Virus record (IMG/VR): IMGVR_UViG_2974604416_000001
Coordinates: 64,001 to 115,739 of that record
Direction: 5' to 3' (one strand)
DNA: 51,739 bases
DNA from: a virus
Lineage: Duplodnaviria > Heunggongvirae > Uroviricota > Caudoviricetes > Demerecviridae
In this document: one piece after another, positions 1 to 8,112 of the stretch
Position numbering within the stretch: the stretch's first letter is position 1
Layout of the letters: each line of letters begins with the position of its first letter
Position numbers and translations under genes: made by a program
Notes under the pieces: generated by a model
What the model saw: the letters and a program-made list of their open reading frames with translations, nothing else
The model's database searches: none
What the model was told of the DNA's origin: nothing

Positions 1-33
1 CCCTTGTGAGTTCGACCCTCACACCTTCCGCCA
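1..33 (+). tRNA. 3' fragment of a tRNA, probably tRNA-Ser, truncated by the window edge
   Basis: T-arm GTGAG-TTCGACC-CTCAC, then acceptor strand ACCTTCC, discriminator G and CCA. Anticodon is outside the window. Confidence 0.7.
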
Positions 34-111
34 AATTCACAGAAATCCTCATGCCCGAAGTTTCTGTGTTTTATGCCCGTACCCTATTAGTGCGGGCTAT
101 TTTTATTCAAA

Positions 112-187
112 GCTCCCTTAGCTTAATTGGTAAAAGCGCCTGGCTCATAACCGGTGGAGGTAGGTTCGAATCCTGCAGGGAGTACCA
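112..187 (+). tRNA. tRNA with CAT anticodon (Met or lysidine Ile2)
   Basis: Acceptor GCTCCCT/AGGGAGT, loop CT-CAT-AA, T-loop TTCGAAT, encoded CCA. Confidence 0.9.
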
Positions 188-201
188 AATAGTGAGGTTG
201 T

Positions 202-351
202 ATGTCTAGAACTAAAAAGAAACCATACACCAAAAGCAAGCGTTTTGATGTTAATTGCAGAAACCACGGTAGTTGTTCTTATTGCCGAAATAACCGGTTG
301 CATAAATTCAAGCAACCAAAAGAAGATTTAAATGACCTAATTGAGGAGTAA
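202..351 (+). CDS. small basic Cys/His protein (MSRTKKKPYTKSKRFDVNCRNHGSCSYCRNN...)
   Basis: GAGG RBS, 49-aa ORF ending TAA; below the ORF-track cutoff. Confidence 0.65.
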   Translation: MSRTKKKPYTKSKRFDVNCRNHGSCSYCRNNRLHKFKQPKEDLNDLIEE

Positions 352-353
352 TT

Positions 354-512
354 ATGTCTTGGGTTTTATTTTTTATTGCCGTAGGTTTTGCTGTTTGGTA
401 TCGTAAACTGTATATTGAAGCTGAGCGCTCAGCCCACTACTGGATTACTGCCACAGAAGAGTGGAAAGCTAAGTTCCATGAATTAGTAGCTTCGGTTACT
501 GAAAAGAAATAA
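354..512 (+). CDS. small membrane-anchored hypothetical protein
   Basis: GAGGAG RBS, hydrophobic N-terminus, TAA followed by a GC hairpin and T-run. Confidence 0.65.
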   Translation: MSWVLFFIAVGFAVWYRKLYIEAERSAHYWITATEEWKAKFHELVASVTEKK

Positions 513-608
513 GGGCCTTCGTGCCCTTTTTATTTCACCAAAATTTTTGTAAATTACCCAGTTTCTTGCTATAATATTAATATAAATTGATGAACAAGGA
601 ATTGCATA

Positions 609-737
609 ATGCTTGACTACTGCCCGATGTGTGGCTCCGAAGAACTGGAGCACTATATGAATGGTGAGACCTACTGCCTGAACTGCGGGCACACTCACGG
701 TGAAGAAGATGAAGAGGAGCAAGAATGGCCTTTGTAA
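609..737 (+). CDS. small Zn-ribbon protein (CPMC...CLNC)
   Basis: AAGGA RBS, two CxxC pairs, acidic tail. Confidence 0.6.
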   Translation: MLDYCPMCGSEELEHYMNGETYCLNCGHTHGEEDEEEQEWPL

Positions 738-970
738 TATTCTGGTTTCTCTTGGGTGTGGTTAGTTTCTGGTTCTTGCATGATTTTCCTGCTGAACCTA
801 GCGGGGCTGATAAAACCCAATGGAAGATACGTAGCAAACCTTTACGTATACTACTTAGGGTAAGCATGCTACTTGCGGGCCCTATATGGATGGTAATTGC
901 AGTAACTACCGGTATTTACCTAGGTGGAGAGTGGCTTTTTAAACAACTTTGGAGCGCGTTAACCAAATGA
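725..970 (+). CDS. hypothetical membrane protein
   Basis: 81-aa ORF with two hydrophobic segments, overlapping both neighbours. Confidence 0.6.
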   Translation: MAFVIFWFLLGVVSFWFLHDFPAEPSGADKTQWKIRSKPLRILLRVSMLLAGPIWMVIAVTTGIYLGGEWLFKQLWSALTK

Positions 971-1260
971 GAAAAGAAACGTATGAAATAGCTGAGGCCC
1001 CTGGCGGAGCTGAGCTGTGTTGCGATAAATGTGCGCATCCTATGCGTTCGGACGAAGATCTGCATACCTGCCTGAACTGTGGTAATCTCTTGGAGATGGA
1101 GTTTTAGTACTGCTCTCCACCGGAAGAGGGGGTTAACTTTGGGTTCGCTCGCCCCAACAAGTGGGAAATTGAAGAAGCCAAGAGTATGCTTGGTGATGGC
1201 AAAGCATGGTGTATTGTTGAAGGCAGCGATGCACAGTTTAGGTTGTATAAACTCTACTAA
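967..1260 (+). CDS. Zn-ribbon hypothetical protein with one in-frame TAG
   Basis: ATGA overlap with upstream gene; CDKC...CLNC; TAG at 1105-1107; frame stays open to TAA at 1260. Confidence 0.7.
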
Positions 1261-1272
1261 TAAGGAAAGTAA

Positions 1273-1518
1273 ATGAAGTATATCGACTTTAGGTTCTGTT
1301 CCCATATTTTTGCAGTAATTCTGGCTCTAGTATATGCGTGGGCTGGTGGTACTGCAAATGGACACACTATCACTTATACAGTACTAGGAGTTAAGCACGT
1401 CGTGGAAGGCTTTTGGGCTGTATTCTCTACCTATATGCTGATATGGTTTCTTATCGGTGGGGCTATTGAGTTTGTCGTTGACCTATTTAGGCCTCTAGTA
1501 AAATATATCAAGGGTTGA
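1273..1518 (+). CDS. hypothetical membrane protein
   Basis: AAGGA RBS, two hydrophobic helices. Confidence 0.65.
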   Translation: MKYIDFRFCSHIFAVILALVYAWAGGTANGHTITYTVLGVKHVVEGFWAVFSTYMLIWFLIGGAIEFVVDLFRPLVKYIKG

Positions 1519-1558
1519 GTCTTTAACTCTGAGCACTTGCGAGTGCTCTTTCTTAAAT

Positions 1559-1635
1559 GCTCCCATGATGGAATTGGCATACATACTAGACTTAAAATCT
1601 AGGTTCTGTGGGTTCGAATCCCACTGGGAGTACCA
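1559..1635 (+). tRNA. tRNA-Leu(TAA) with a short variable loop
   Basis: Acceptor GCTCCCA/TGGGAGT, anticodon arm CTAGA-CTTAAAA-TCTAG, CCA. Confidence 0.9.
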
Positions 1636-1707
1636 ATTCAATAAAATACTTATAGCCAACAACACGAAATTATGAGATAATATTCTTATGAAATCGGGAG
1701 AGCTTCC

Positions 1708-2070
1708 ATGAAAATGAAAAAAGGTATTTCAGAAGGTAAGTTTAAGCGTGTGTGTGAAATGCCAGACACCACTCTGCTTATCGCAACAGATATACGAGAG
1801 AGGCCCGAGCTGGTGATGTTTCACCACCTAGTCACTGTTAAAGGCGATTACACCGTAACCCATACGCTGATAGCTCGAAACAAAGGTTATTACTACTTCC
1901 AGTACAAAGACTGGACGGGGGAGTATAAGCACTATCGTACAGCTAAGGTTCCTGGGCATTTAGGCCTTGTAACTGGGATCCCACTTCTTATTAGTAGGGG
2001 TGGAAGAATAGAAGTTGAGCGTCCTTTTAAAAGTACCAGAGCTTTCGGGGCAAAAATAGAATTAGTTTAA
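1708..2070 (+). CDS. hypothetical protein
   Basis: 120-aa ORF downstream of a promoter-like GATAAT...AAATCGGGA motif. Confidence 0.65.
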   Translation: MKMKKGISEGKFKRVCEMPDTTLLIATDIRERPELVMFHHLVTVKGDYTVTHTLIARNKGYYYFQYKDWTGEYKHYRTAKVPGHLGLVTGIPLLISRGGRIEVERPFKSTRAFGAKIELV

Positions 2071-2080
2071 GCATTCGTAT

Positions 2081-2251
2081 GAATGCTTTGTCAGTGGTTG
2101 ACGAGATTGGATGTACTAGGGTTCGAATCCCTGTAGGCCTAGTGGTGGCTTAGTAAGTTGCAACCTTCCAGTCTCAGGGATAATGAGCATTCTCTAGGGC
2201 GGCCTGATCAGCTAGAGGCCCTTCCCAGCTCCAATCACTGACAAAGCGTTC
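2081..2251 (+). ncRNA. structured ncRNA with a tRNA-like T-arm inside a 20-bp closing stem
   Basis: 2081-2100 pairs with 2232-2251 with two G-U wobbles; internal AGGG-TTCGAAT-CCCT. Confidence 0.65.
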
Positions 2252-2269
2252 CTATTAAGGAGACACAGA

Positions 2270-2839
2270 ATGAAACAAGTAGTTATTTTAGGCAAATCGT
2301 GGCCTTACCTAATTTAGGAAAATGGTCACTGTTTATCGGAGTATACGGGAAAACCTATTAACTATTTTGTAAACTCGTAGGGATACCCACAATTTACATT
2401 GTTTAATAGTGGGAAAGTTGTAAAACCTCTGGTACACAGAGTACTATATGAAGTATTTATCGGCACTATACCGGAAGGTTTTGAGGTACACCACAAGGAT
2501 GAGAATCCCTTAAACTTCTCCCTAGACAACCTAGTACTTCTAAGTAAACAAGAACATTAGGTAGCCCATACTAGCAGGATGTATTTCTAGCACTGTACTG
2601 AGTGTGGCCAGGCTAAGTCTAGAAATATTAAACAAAAGTGCCCTACCTGTTAGAGCAATATACAACCGAAACTACACCTTACGTATCAAGATATAGTAGA
2701 CCTTTATCATAAACATAAATCGTGGATTAAGTAGGGTAATTAGGTAGGGCTTTCGGACAATGGATTAAGGAAGCGATTTATTGCCTTAGGTGGTAATCCT
2801 AAACAAATTAAGAGCTGTGCCCCCTCACCAGCCTCCTAA
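2270..2839 (+). CDS. HNH homing endonuclease, 7 in-frame TAG
   Basis: AAGGAG RBS; VHRVLYEVFIG...VHHKDENPLNFSLDNL HNH motif; open to TAA only if TAG is sense. Confidence 0.85.
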
Positions 2840-2899
2840 GCTGGAAGCATAATAAAAGAGGGAAGGAGCTGAGAGGTTCGATTCCTCCACAGTTCACCA
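2812..2899 (+). tRNA. non-canonical tRNA-like RNA; loop reads CCT in standard register; G3:U70 acceptor
   Basis: Acceptor GAGCTGT/ACAGTTC+A+CCA; anticodon arm CCAGC-CTCCTAA-GCTGG; T-loop TTCGATT; no D-arm before the anticodon arm. Confidence 0.8.
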
Positions 2900-2905
2900 A
2901 ATAAT

Positions 2906-2990
2906 GGGCGGTGTCCCCACATCGGTCTTCTAAGCCGATAGCATAAAAGTGGGAAGGAGCTGAGGGGTTCGATTCCTCCACCGTCTACCA
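2906..2990 (+). tRNA. non-canonical tRNA-like RNA; loop reads TCT in standard register; G3:U70 acceptor
   Basis: Acceptor GGGCGGT/ACCGTCT+A+CCA; ATCGGT-CTTCTAA-GCCGAT; same architecture as 2812-2899. Confidence 0.8.
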
Positions 2991-3011
2991 AATCAATGCA
3001 GGAGATAATGA

Positions 3012-3332
3012 ATGATTACTGTAGAGCAAATGCTTGGCATTGGCCGAGATTGTGGCCTCAACACCGTATATGAGGCGTGGAGTCAAGTACAAAGCCATTG
3101 GGATGCTTTCTTTGAATACGATAAGTTTGCAGAGCAGCAAACCGTACTCAACTATGAAATGTTTGAGAAAGGTCTACTGGAGTTGAACGAGGATGGAAAA
3201 ACTCGGTACAAGTGGCCAGAAAAAGATGAAACCATTGTGGATGCTATGACTCGTCTGGGTATGGCCTATGTAGAGCCAGATTGGGACAACAGTGAATTTG
3301 GTAACCCAGAGGATGGTGACGGTGTACTGTAA
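3012..3332 (+). CDS. acidic hypothetical protein
   Basis: AGGAGA RBS, 106 aa, TAA. Confidence 0.75.
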   Translation: MITVEQMLGIGRDCGLNTVYEAWSQVQSHWDAFFEYDKFAEQQTVLNYEMFEKGLLELNEDGKTRYKWPEKDETIVDAMTRLGMAYVEPDWDNSEFGNPEDGDGVL

Positions 3333-3582
3333 AGATTGTGGCGAAGTAATGGAAGGTGATGGTTTTAGTGTTGTAGTACATTGCCCTAATGCGGACTTTC
3401 TATTCTGGTATGACAAAGAGCCTGATGCCACCCCAGTGCACTGTGAGAATATGAACGAATGTTCTTACTGTAAGGGTACTGGGGAGGTAGAAGGAATCCC
3501 TATTGACGGAGGGCCTCACTATCGCTGGATGAGGCCCAAAAAGCACAAATGCTACAAGTGTAACGGCACAGGACACACTTAA
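3313..3582 (+). CDS. Zn-finger protein with DnaJ-like CxxCxGxG repeats
   Basis: CKDCG, CSYCKGTG and CYKCNGTG; start set at the ATG after GAGG. Confidence 0.7.
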   Translation: MVTVYCKDCGEVMEGDGFSVVVHCPNADFLFWYDKEPDATPVHCENMNECSYCKGTGEVEGIPIDGGPHYRWMRPKKHKCYKCNGTGHT

Positions 3583-3797
3583 TGAAAGTATTCTGCCACA
3601 GGTATAAGTGGGGCCATGATGGGAGGAGGCGAAAGCTGTTCTCCCTTCTGAACTCTGGCTCAGCCAAAATATTGGAAACCAATAAAGACGGCTGGTTATT
3701 TGACATAGATGGTAAAGTATACGGAGTCAATAGGCGTGGACAAATCTACAAAAGAGTTACTGAAAGTCAATCATCCTCTGTCGAAGGCACTGCGTGA
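3582..3797 (+). CDS. hypothetical protein
   Basis: TAATG coupling with the upstream gene. Confidence 0.5.
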   Translation: MKVFCHRYKWGHDGRRRKLFSLLNSGSAKILETNKDGWLFDIDGKVYGVNRRGQIYKRVTESQSSSVEGTA

Positions 3798-3939
3798 ATA
3801 CGTTGCGGCTACGTGGAAGGAGCCGTGGTTTGTTTCTTACGTGTTTAAGGAAGGTAACACACTACACTACCAAATCAGCAACGCATCTACCCATAAGTAT
3901 AAGAAACTTACCATGAAAGTACGTCATCTAAAAATTTAA
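3709..3939 (+). CDS. hypothetical protein (start uncertain)
   Basis: Ends just before a terminator hairpin; overlaps the previous ORF by 89 nt. Confidence 0.4.
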   Translation: MVKYTESIGVDKSTKELLKVNHPLSKALREYVAATWKEPWFVSYVFKEGNTLHYQISNASTHKYKKLTMKVRHLKI

Positions 3940-4068
3940 GCTGCGCCACAGACGCAGCTTTTTCTTTACCCTTAAAACGTTACGTGTAACAACGTAAATT
4001 AAAAATAAAGTAATCATTGAAGAAAAGCCCTTTTATTGATATAATATTTACATGAAATCGGGAAGGGT

Positions 4069-4398
4069 TTGGAGGCAAAAATGAGAGGTAAATTACAGCC
4101 TTTTACGTTGGATGACTGCGGATATGTTACTATTGAGATTCATGCTCCAGATACTACTATTCATCTAACCGAAGTTAAACTTAACTTTGTAGGTAGTCCA
4201 GATTCTATGCGACCTAGTGCCCGTCAGTTGGAGTACTGGGGTATTAGTGAAAAAGACTGGGATGCAAATATAATTATAGATGATAGCTGGTTTGGTGTTA
4301 GGCCTATTCAAGAAGTCTACCCACTCAAAACTATGGATTTTGAGTCCCAGGAATCTTACAACATTGCAGTTAAAATGGTGGAGAGTATCAATGCCTAA
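4069..4398 (+). CDS. hypothetical protein
   Basis: Follows a TATAAT...AAATCGGGA promoter; GGAGG precedes the ATG at 4081, which may be the true start. Confidence 0.7.
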   Translation: MEAKMRGKLQPFTLDDCGYVTIEIHAPDTTIHLTEVKLNFVGSPDSMRPSARQLEYWGISEKDWDANIIIDDSWFGVRPIQEVYPLKTMDFESQESYNIAVKMVESINA

Positions 4399-4732
4399 AG
4401 GTCTTTTCTTAGATGATGAACGTAACCCTCAAGATGTGACTTGGTTGCAGTACCCAGAAAATGTAGAGTGGACAGTAGTTCGTACATTCTCTGAATTTGT
4501 AAAGGCTGTGCAAAGCACTCCGTTCGGGGTACTATCGTTTGACCATGATATACAAGACTTCTCAAAGGGTTCCGAGATGACTGGCTATGATTGTTTGAAG
4601 TTCTATTGCAATTTCATAGACTTGCAAGGTCTAGCACTACCACGACTTGTAGTAGTTCATAGCATGAACCCTATAGGTAAGGTAAATATCATGTCCTACT
4701 GGAAAAATTTCTTAGAGGCAAAAATATCATGA
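4391..4732 (+). CDS. stand-alone receiver-like domain protein (cyclic-phosphate-processing receiver type)
   Basis: LFLDDERNP...SFDHD...VVHSMNPIG motif pattern. Confidence 0.65.
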   Translation: MPKGLFLDDERNPQDVTWLQYPENVEWTVVRTFSEFVKAVQSTPFGVLSFDHDIQDFSKGSEMTGYDCLKFYCNFIDLQGLALPRLVVVHSMNPIGKVNIMSYWKNFLEAKIS

Positions 4733-5751
4733 GTGTAGGATTTCTAACAGGCAAGTTCGCCCCGCTTCATACAGGTCACATTTATTTTATCAGCAAAGCT
4801 GCTACTATGGTTGATAAGTTGTATGTTGTCCTGAGTTATGATGGTAAACGTTTCAAAGACGATCCTAGGCTATCCCTAAAGAATCGGCTATTGTGGCTAA
4901 AGACCACTTTTAAAGATTTGCCACATATTACAGTTACTTTTGTTGACGAAACCGACTGCCGACCATACCCCGATGGTTGGAGCGACTGGGCAGCTCTGAT
5001 GAAGAGTGCTCTACTTAAATTTAACGTAACTAATGTAGATAAGATATTCTCCTCGGAGCCAGAGTACACAGAAGGCTTTAACAAATATTGGCCGGAAGCC
5101 GCGCATGTGCTGGTTGATGCGGAGCGTAAAGAGGTAAATATCTCTGCCACGGAGATTCGTGCCAATCCTTTTAAATTCTGGAGCTACATGCCTTCTATAG
5201 TGCGTCAGCATTATGTAAAGAAAGTATGTATCATTGGTACTGAGAGTTGTGGTAAAACTACCTTAACTAAATATCTTGCCAAGATTTACCAAACTTCATG
5301 GGTGGAAGAATACGGACGCAAGTTCTGTGAACAAGATATGTGCATGGATGAATCCCTGCTACAATTCAATGACTATGCACTAATAGCGTCTCGCCGGTAT
5401 GAAGATGAAGTGCAGGCCACTAAGACAGCTAACAAAGTCTTATTCGCAGACACCAATGCGTTTGTAACAAACTTCTACTGTAAGCTGTACGAAGGCAATA
5501 CTCACCCTCTTGTAGAAGAGTATGAGCTGTTAGAACGGTACGACCTGACTCTATTCTTAGATAGTGACGTAGAATGGGTAGCTGATGGGCTGCGTGTCAA
5601 TAAAGACCGGAGTAAAACAGACGACCTATTTAGGTCTATGCTAACTCTACGTAACATAGACAACTTTGGTAAGCTGATTTGTATTTCTGGAACCTACTCC
5701 GAGCGTTTGGAGAAGGCAATCAAAATTATTGACGAGGAGTTCTTCAAATGA
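4729..5751 (+). CDS. nadR: NadR-like NMN adenylyltransferase / ribosylnicotinamide kinase
   Basis: GKFAPLHTGH (HxGH), ISATEIR, and P-loop GTESCGKTT. Confidence 0.93.
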   Translation: MSVGFLTGKFAPLHTGHIYFISKAATMVDKLYVVLSYDGKRFKDDPRLSLKNRLLWLKTTFKDLPHITVTFVDETDCRPYPDGWSDWAALMKSALLKFNVTNVDKIFSSEPEYTEGFNKYWPEAAHVLVDAERKEVNISATEIRANPFKFWSYMPSIVRQHYVKKVCIIGTESCGKTTLTKYLAKIYQTSWVEEYGRKFCEQDMCMDESLLQFNDYALIASRRYEDEVQATKTANKVLFADTNAFVTNFYCKLYEGNTHPLVEEYELLERYDLTLFLDSDVEWVADGLRVNKDRSKTDDLFRSMLTLRNIDNFGKLICISGTYSERLEKAIKIIDEEFFK

Positions 5752-6464
5752 TCTATAAATTAGGGTATTTTGCTATACCGTATTTCTATGCGATCTACAA
5801 TGACGTTGCCACATTGCCTAACGGTCGTAAAGCTTACCTAGCGGCAATGCTTGCCACTATTGTAGGGCTCTCGATCTACTGGGGTGATACGTGGTACGGA
5901 ATGCTTAGTGCGTTCTCTGGTGTTATGTGCGTTGTGTTAGTTGCTGAAAAGCGGCTATCCAACTTTGGTTGGGGGTTGCTTAACTGCAGCCTGTACGGTT
6001 TTATCTCTTACCAGAATGGTTATTTTGGAGACATGACACTAAACTGGCTGGTCTATGTGCCCTTCCAGTTTATTGGGTTCTATCTCTGGAACCGTAGCTT
6101 GCAAGATGAAGTGGAAGTAACTTCCAAGTCCCTGGCTTGGTGGGATATTCTGAACATCGCTACAGCAACTGCGGTGGCTGTGTACATCGGACAAGAGATT
6201 CTGGTTAAGTTCGGAGGCAACCATCCGTGGCTAGACAGCTTTAACGTTGTTCTGTCGTTGGTGGCAACCGTACTGATGGCAAAAAGGTACGCTGAACAGT
6301 GGTTGTGCTGGATTCTGGTGAACCTCTCCGGTATTGCTATGTGGATTAAAGCCACAATGGCCAATGATGGGGAAGGTGTTGCAACTCTGATTATGTGGTC
6401 TGCTTTCCTCCTTAATAGCCTCTATGGTTACTACAGGTGGAAGACTACAGCAGAACGTGGTTAA
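5748..6464 (+). CDS. pnuC: PnuC nicotinamide riboside transporter
   Basis: Multi-TM protein with DSFNVVLSLVATVLMAKRYAEQWLCWILVN; coupled to nadR. Confidence 0.92.
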   Translation: MIYKLGYFAIPYFYAIYNDVATLPNGRKAYLAAMLATIVGLSIYWGDTWYGMLSAFSGVMCVVLVAEKRLSNFGWGLLNCSLYGFISYQNGYFGDMTLNWLVYVPFQFIGFYLWNRSLQDEVEVTSKSLAWWDILNIATATAVAVYIGQEILVKFGGNHPWLDSFNVVLSLVATVLMAKRYAEQWLCWILVNLSGIAMWIKATMANDGEGVATLIMWSAFLLNSLYGYYRWKTTAERG

Positions 6465-6572
6465 TATGTGGGGCTTCGGCCCCACATTAAAATAAAGTAA
6501 AAATTGCTTTGAACAGGTTTTCTTGATATAATAATTGCATGAAATCGAGAGAAGTTCTTCAAAGGAGTTTAT

Positions 6573-6863
6573 ATGTCTATAGAGCGTACTCACAAGTTTA
6601 CAATGATTGCTAAGCGTTTAGGCGTAGGTGCATGTAACGACTCAGTAGAAACGTGTGCGGCTGGCCTATCCACAATGTCGGTACAAATCAACCGTATGGG
6701 TGAGTTCTACCATGCAGATAAGTTTTTAGAGGCGATAGACGATATTATACTCCGTGCAAGCATTGATAAGTCTGGGTTAACTCCTAGCGATAAGTTCTTT
6801 TTAGGCATGATAAAAGATACTCTTATATTAAGGGCCTATCAAGAATTAACAAAAGACGAATAA
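6573..6863 (+). CDS. hypothetical protein
   Basis: AAGGAG RBS after a TTGCTT-17-TATAAT promoter. Confidence 0.7.
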   Translation: MSIERTHKFTMIAKRLGVGACNDSVETCAAGLSTMSVQINRMGEFYHADKFLEAIDDIILRASIDKSGLTPSDKFFLGMIKDTLILRAYQELTKDE

Positions 6864-6870
6864 TCTTAAT

Positions 6871-6946
6871 GGGTGTGTGTCTGAATGGTTTAGGTGCCGA
6901 ATTGCAAATTCGTGTCATGTCGGTTCGAATCCGACCACATCCTCCA
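6871..6946 (+). tRNA. tRNA-Cys(GCA)
   Basis: Acceptor GGGTGTG/CACATCC, U73, loop TT-GCA-AA, CCA. Confidence 0.9.
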
Positions 6947-6964
6947 AATTAAGGTGAAAGCAAG

Positions 6965-7237
6965 ATGGCTATTGAAAAAGTAGTTCGGTGTGATTGCAGT
7001 GACTGTTGGGCTGTTATAGAGCCAAATACTGGCTTTGCTGTACTGGGAAACATCCACAAAGTGGGCTCCGCCAAAGAAAGTATCGGAGTTTTCGATTGTG
7101 TGGGTGGTGGTGTAGTTGGCAACAACATAGAAGACGGTGAGGTTGTTCGCGCACTGTACTACTGCGACAACTGTATGGCGAGAATCTTGGGCTTCTCACG
7201 AGTACAAAACCGACAAGACTGTATAGGTTCACCATAA
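6965..7237 (+). CDS. Cys-rich hypothetical protein
   Basis: CDCSDC and CDNC motifs, 90 aa. Confidence 0.7.
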   Translation: MAIEKVVRCDCSDCWAVIEPNTGFAVLGNIHKVGSAKESIGVFDCVGGGVVGNNIEDGEVVRALYYCDNCMARILGFSRVQNRQDCIGSP

Positions 7238-7247
7238 GGAGTAACGT

Positions 7248-7397
7248 ATGCGTAAAGTACAAAAACGAGGCAAAATTCTTCGTAAAGCAACATATGCTGT
7301 GATTTACGGAGCATCCCCAAAGACTGTAGCGAAAACTACAGGCCTAGGCCTTCGTCGCTCTAAAGTACTGGCTAAATGCTTCGCCACTTCAAAGTAA
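7248..7397 (+). CDS. small basic protein
   Basis: AAGGAG RBS, 49 aa, Lys/Arg-rich. Confidence 0.55.
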   Translation: MRKVQKRGKILRKATYAVIYGASPKTVAKTTGLGLRRSKVLAKCFATSK

Positions 7398-7459
7398 TTT
7401 TTGCATTCAACTAAAATTTAACGTATAATATACTTATCAAATCGAGAGAGGAATATCAA

Positions 7460-8089
7460 ATGTCTAAAGAAATCACCCTGACCGAAGCTCTGGCAACCCT
7501 GAAAGTTCTGCGTGCCAAGCAAGACAACCTTGTCCGCACTGGTACTTTCGTTGGAGTATCGGCCCGCGATAAAGTTGGTTCCCAGGCTAAGGAAGTTGCT
7601 TCCGCGCAATTCCAGTCTGAGTTTGACCGCCTGAAAGCCTTCTCTGCGAAGATTCAGGAAATCGGAGCCAAGCTCTACGAAGCTAACTCCAAGACCACTG
7701 TAGTTGTTGCGGGCAAGACTTACACTCTTGCTGAGGCAATCTACCGCAAGGGCCACACTTCTGAGGAAGCAGAACGTATCCGCGTTTTGAAGGCTGCTCT
7801 GCAACGTGCAGAAGCTACCGCTGCTAAGGCTAAGGAAACAGCAGAAAAGCGTGCTGACCAACAAGTGGAAACACTTCTGGCTGGGCGTAACAAGGATACC
7901 GGCGTAGCTGACTTGGCCGTAGAAATGCGTACCAAGCTGATTGCGGACGAAAAGATTGAAGTCGTTGACCCTAACAAGTTGGCTGACTACATTCTGGCGG
8001 CTGAGGAAGATCTTGTATCCTTCTCTACCGAGGTTGATGTGGCAATTTCTCTGGTGAACGCAACCACCAAGATTACTGTTAACATTTGA
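7460..8089 (+). CDS. coiled-coil protein (ITLTEALATLK N-terminus, DIP1984-like), TAG-free
   Basis: Own promoter and GAGG RBS; Ala/Glu/Lys-rich helical sequence; codon usage suggests high expression. Confidence 0.85.
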   Translation: MSKEITLTEALATLKVLRAKQDNLVRTGTFVGVSARDKVGSQAKEVASAQFQSEFDRLKAFSAKIQEIGAKLYEANSKTTVVVAGKTYTLAEAIYRKGHTSEEAERIRVLKAALQRAEATAAKAKETAEKRADQQVETLLAGRNKDTGVADLAVEMRTKLIADEKIEVVDPNKLADYILAAEEDLVSFSTEVDVAISLVNATTKITVNI

Positions 8090-8112
8090 CCTAAGTGAGC
8101 CTCTTACGGGAG

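Larger units (their letters stand above)
1660..7450 (+). promoter_or_regulatory. four strong sigma70-like promoters sharing a downstream AAATCG(G/A)GA motif
   Basis: (T/G)ATAAT followed about 9 nt later by AAATCGRGA near 1691, 4055, 6542 and 7439. Confidence 0.7.

Noticed and set aside
2812-2990. Genome-wide AGA/AGG->Ala reassignment implied by the G3:U70 tRNAs
   Set aside because: AGA and AGG encode conserved Arg in phage proteins (terminase SRRVGKS, HNH HRLAW, portal GGRP).
2812-2990. Calling these canonical CUA suppressor tRNAs
   Set aside because: In the 7-nt loop CUA is at positions 35-37, not 34-36; kept only as a hypothesis.
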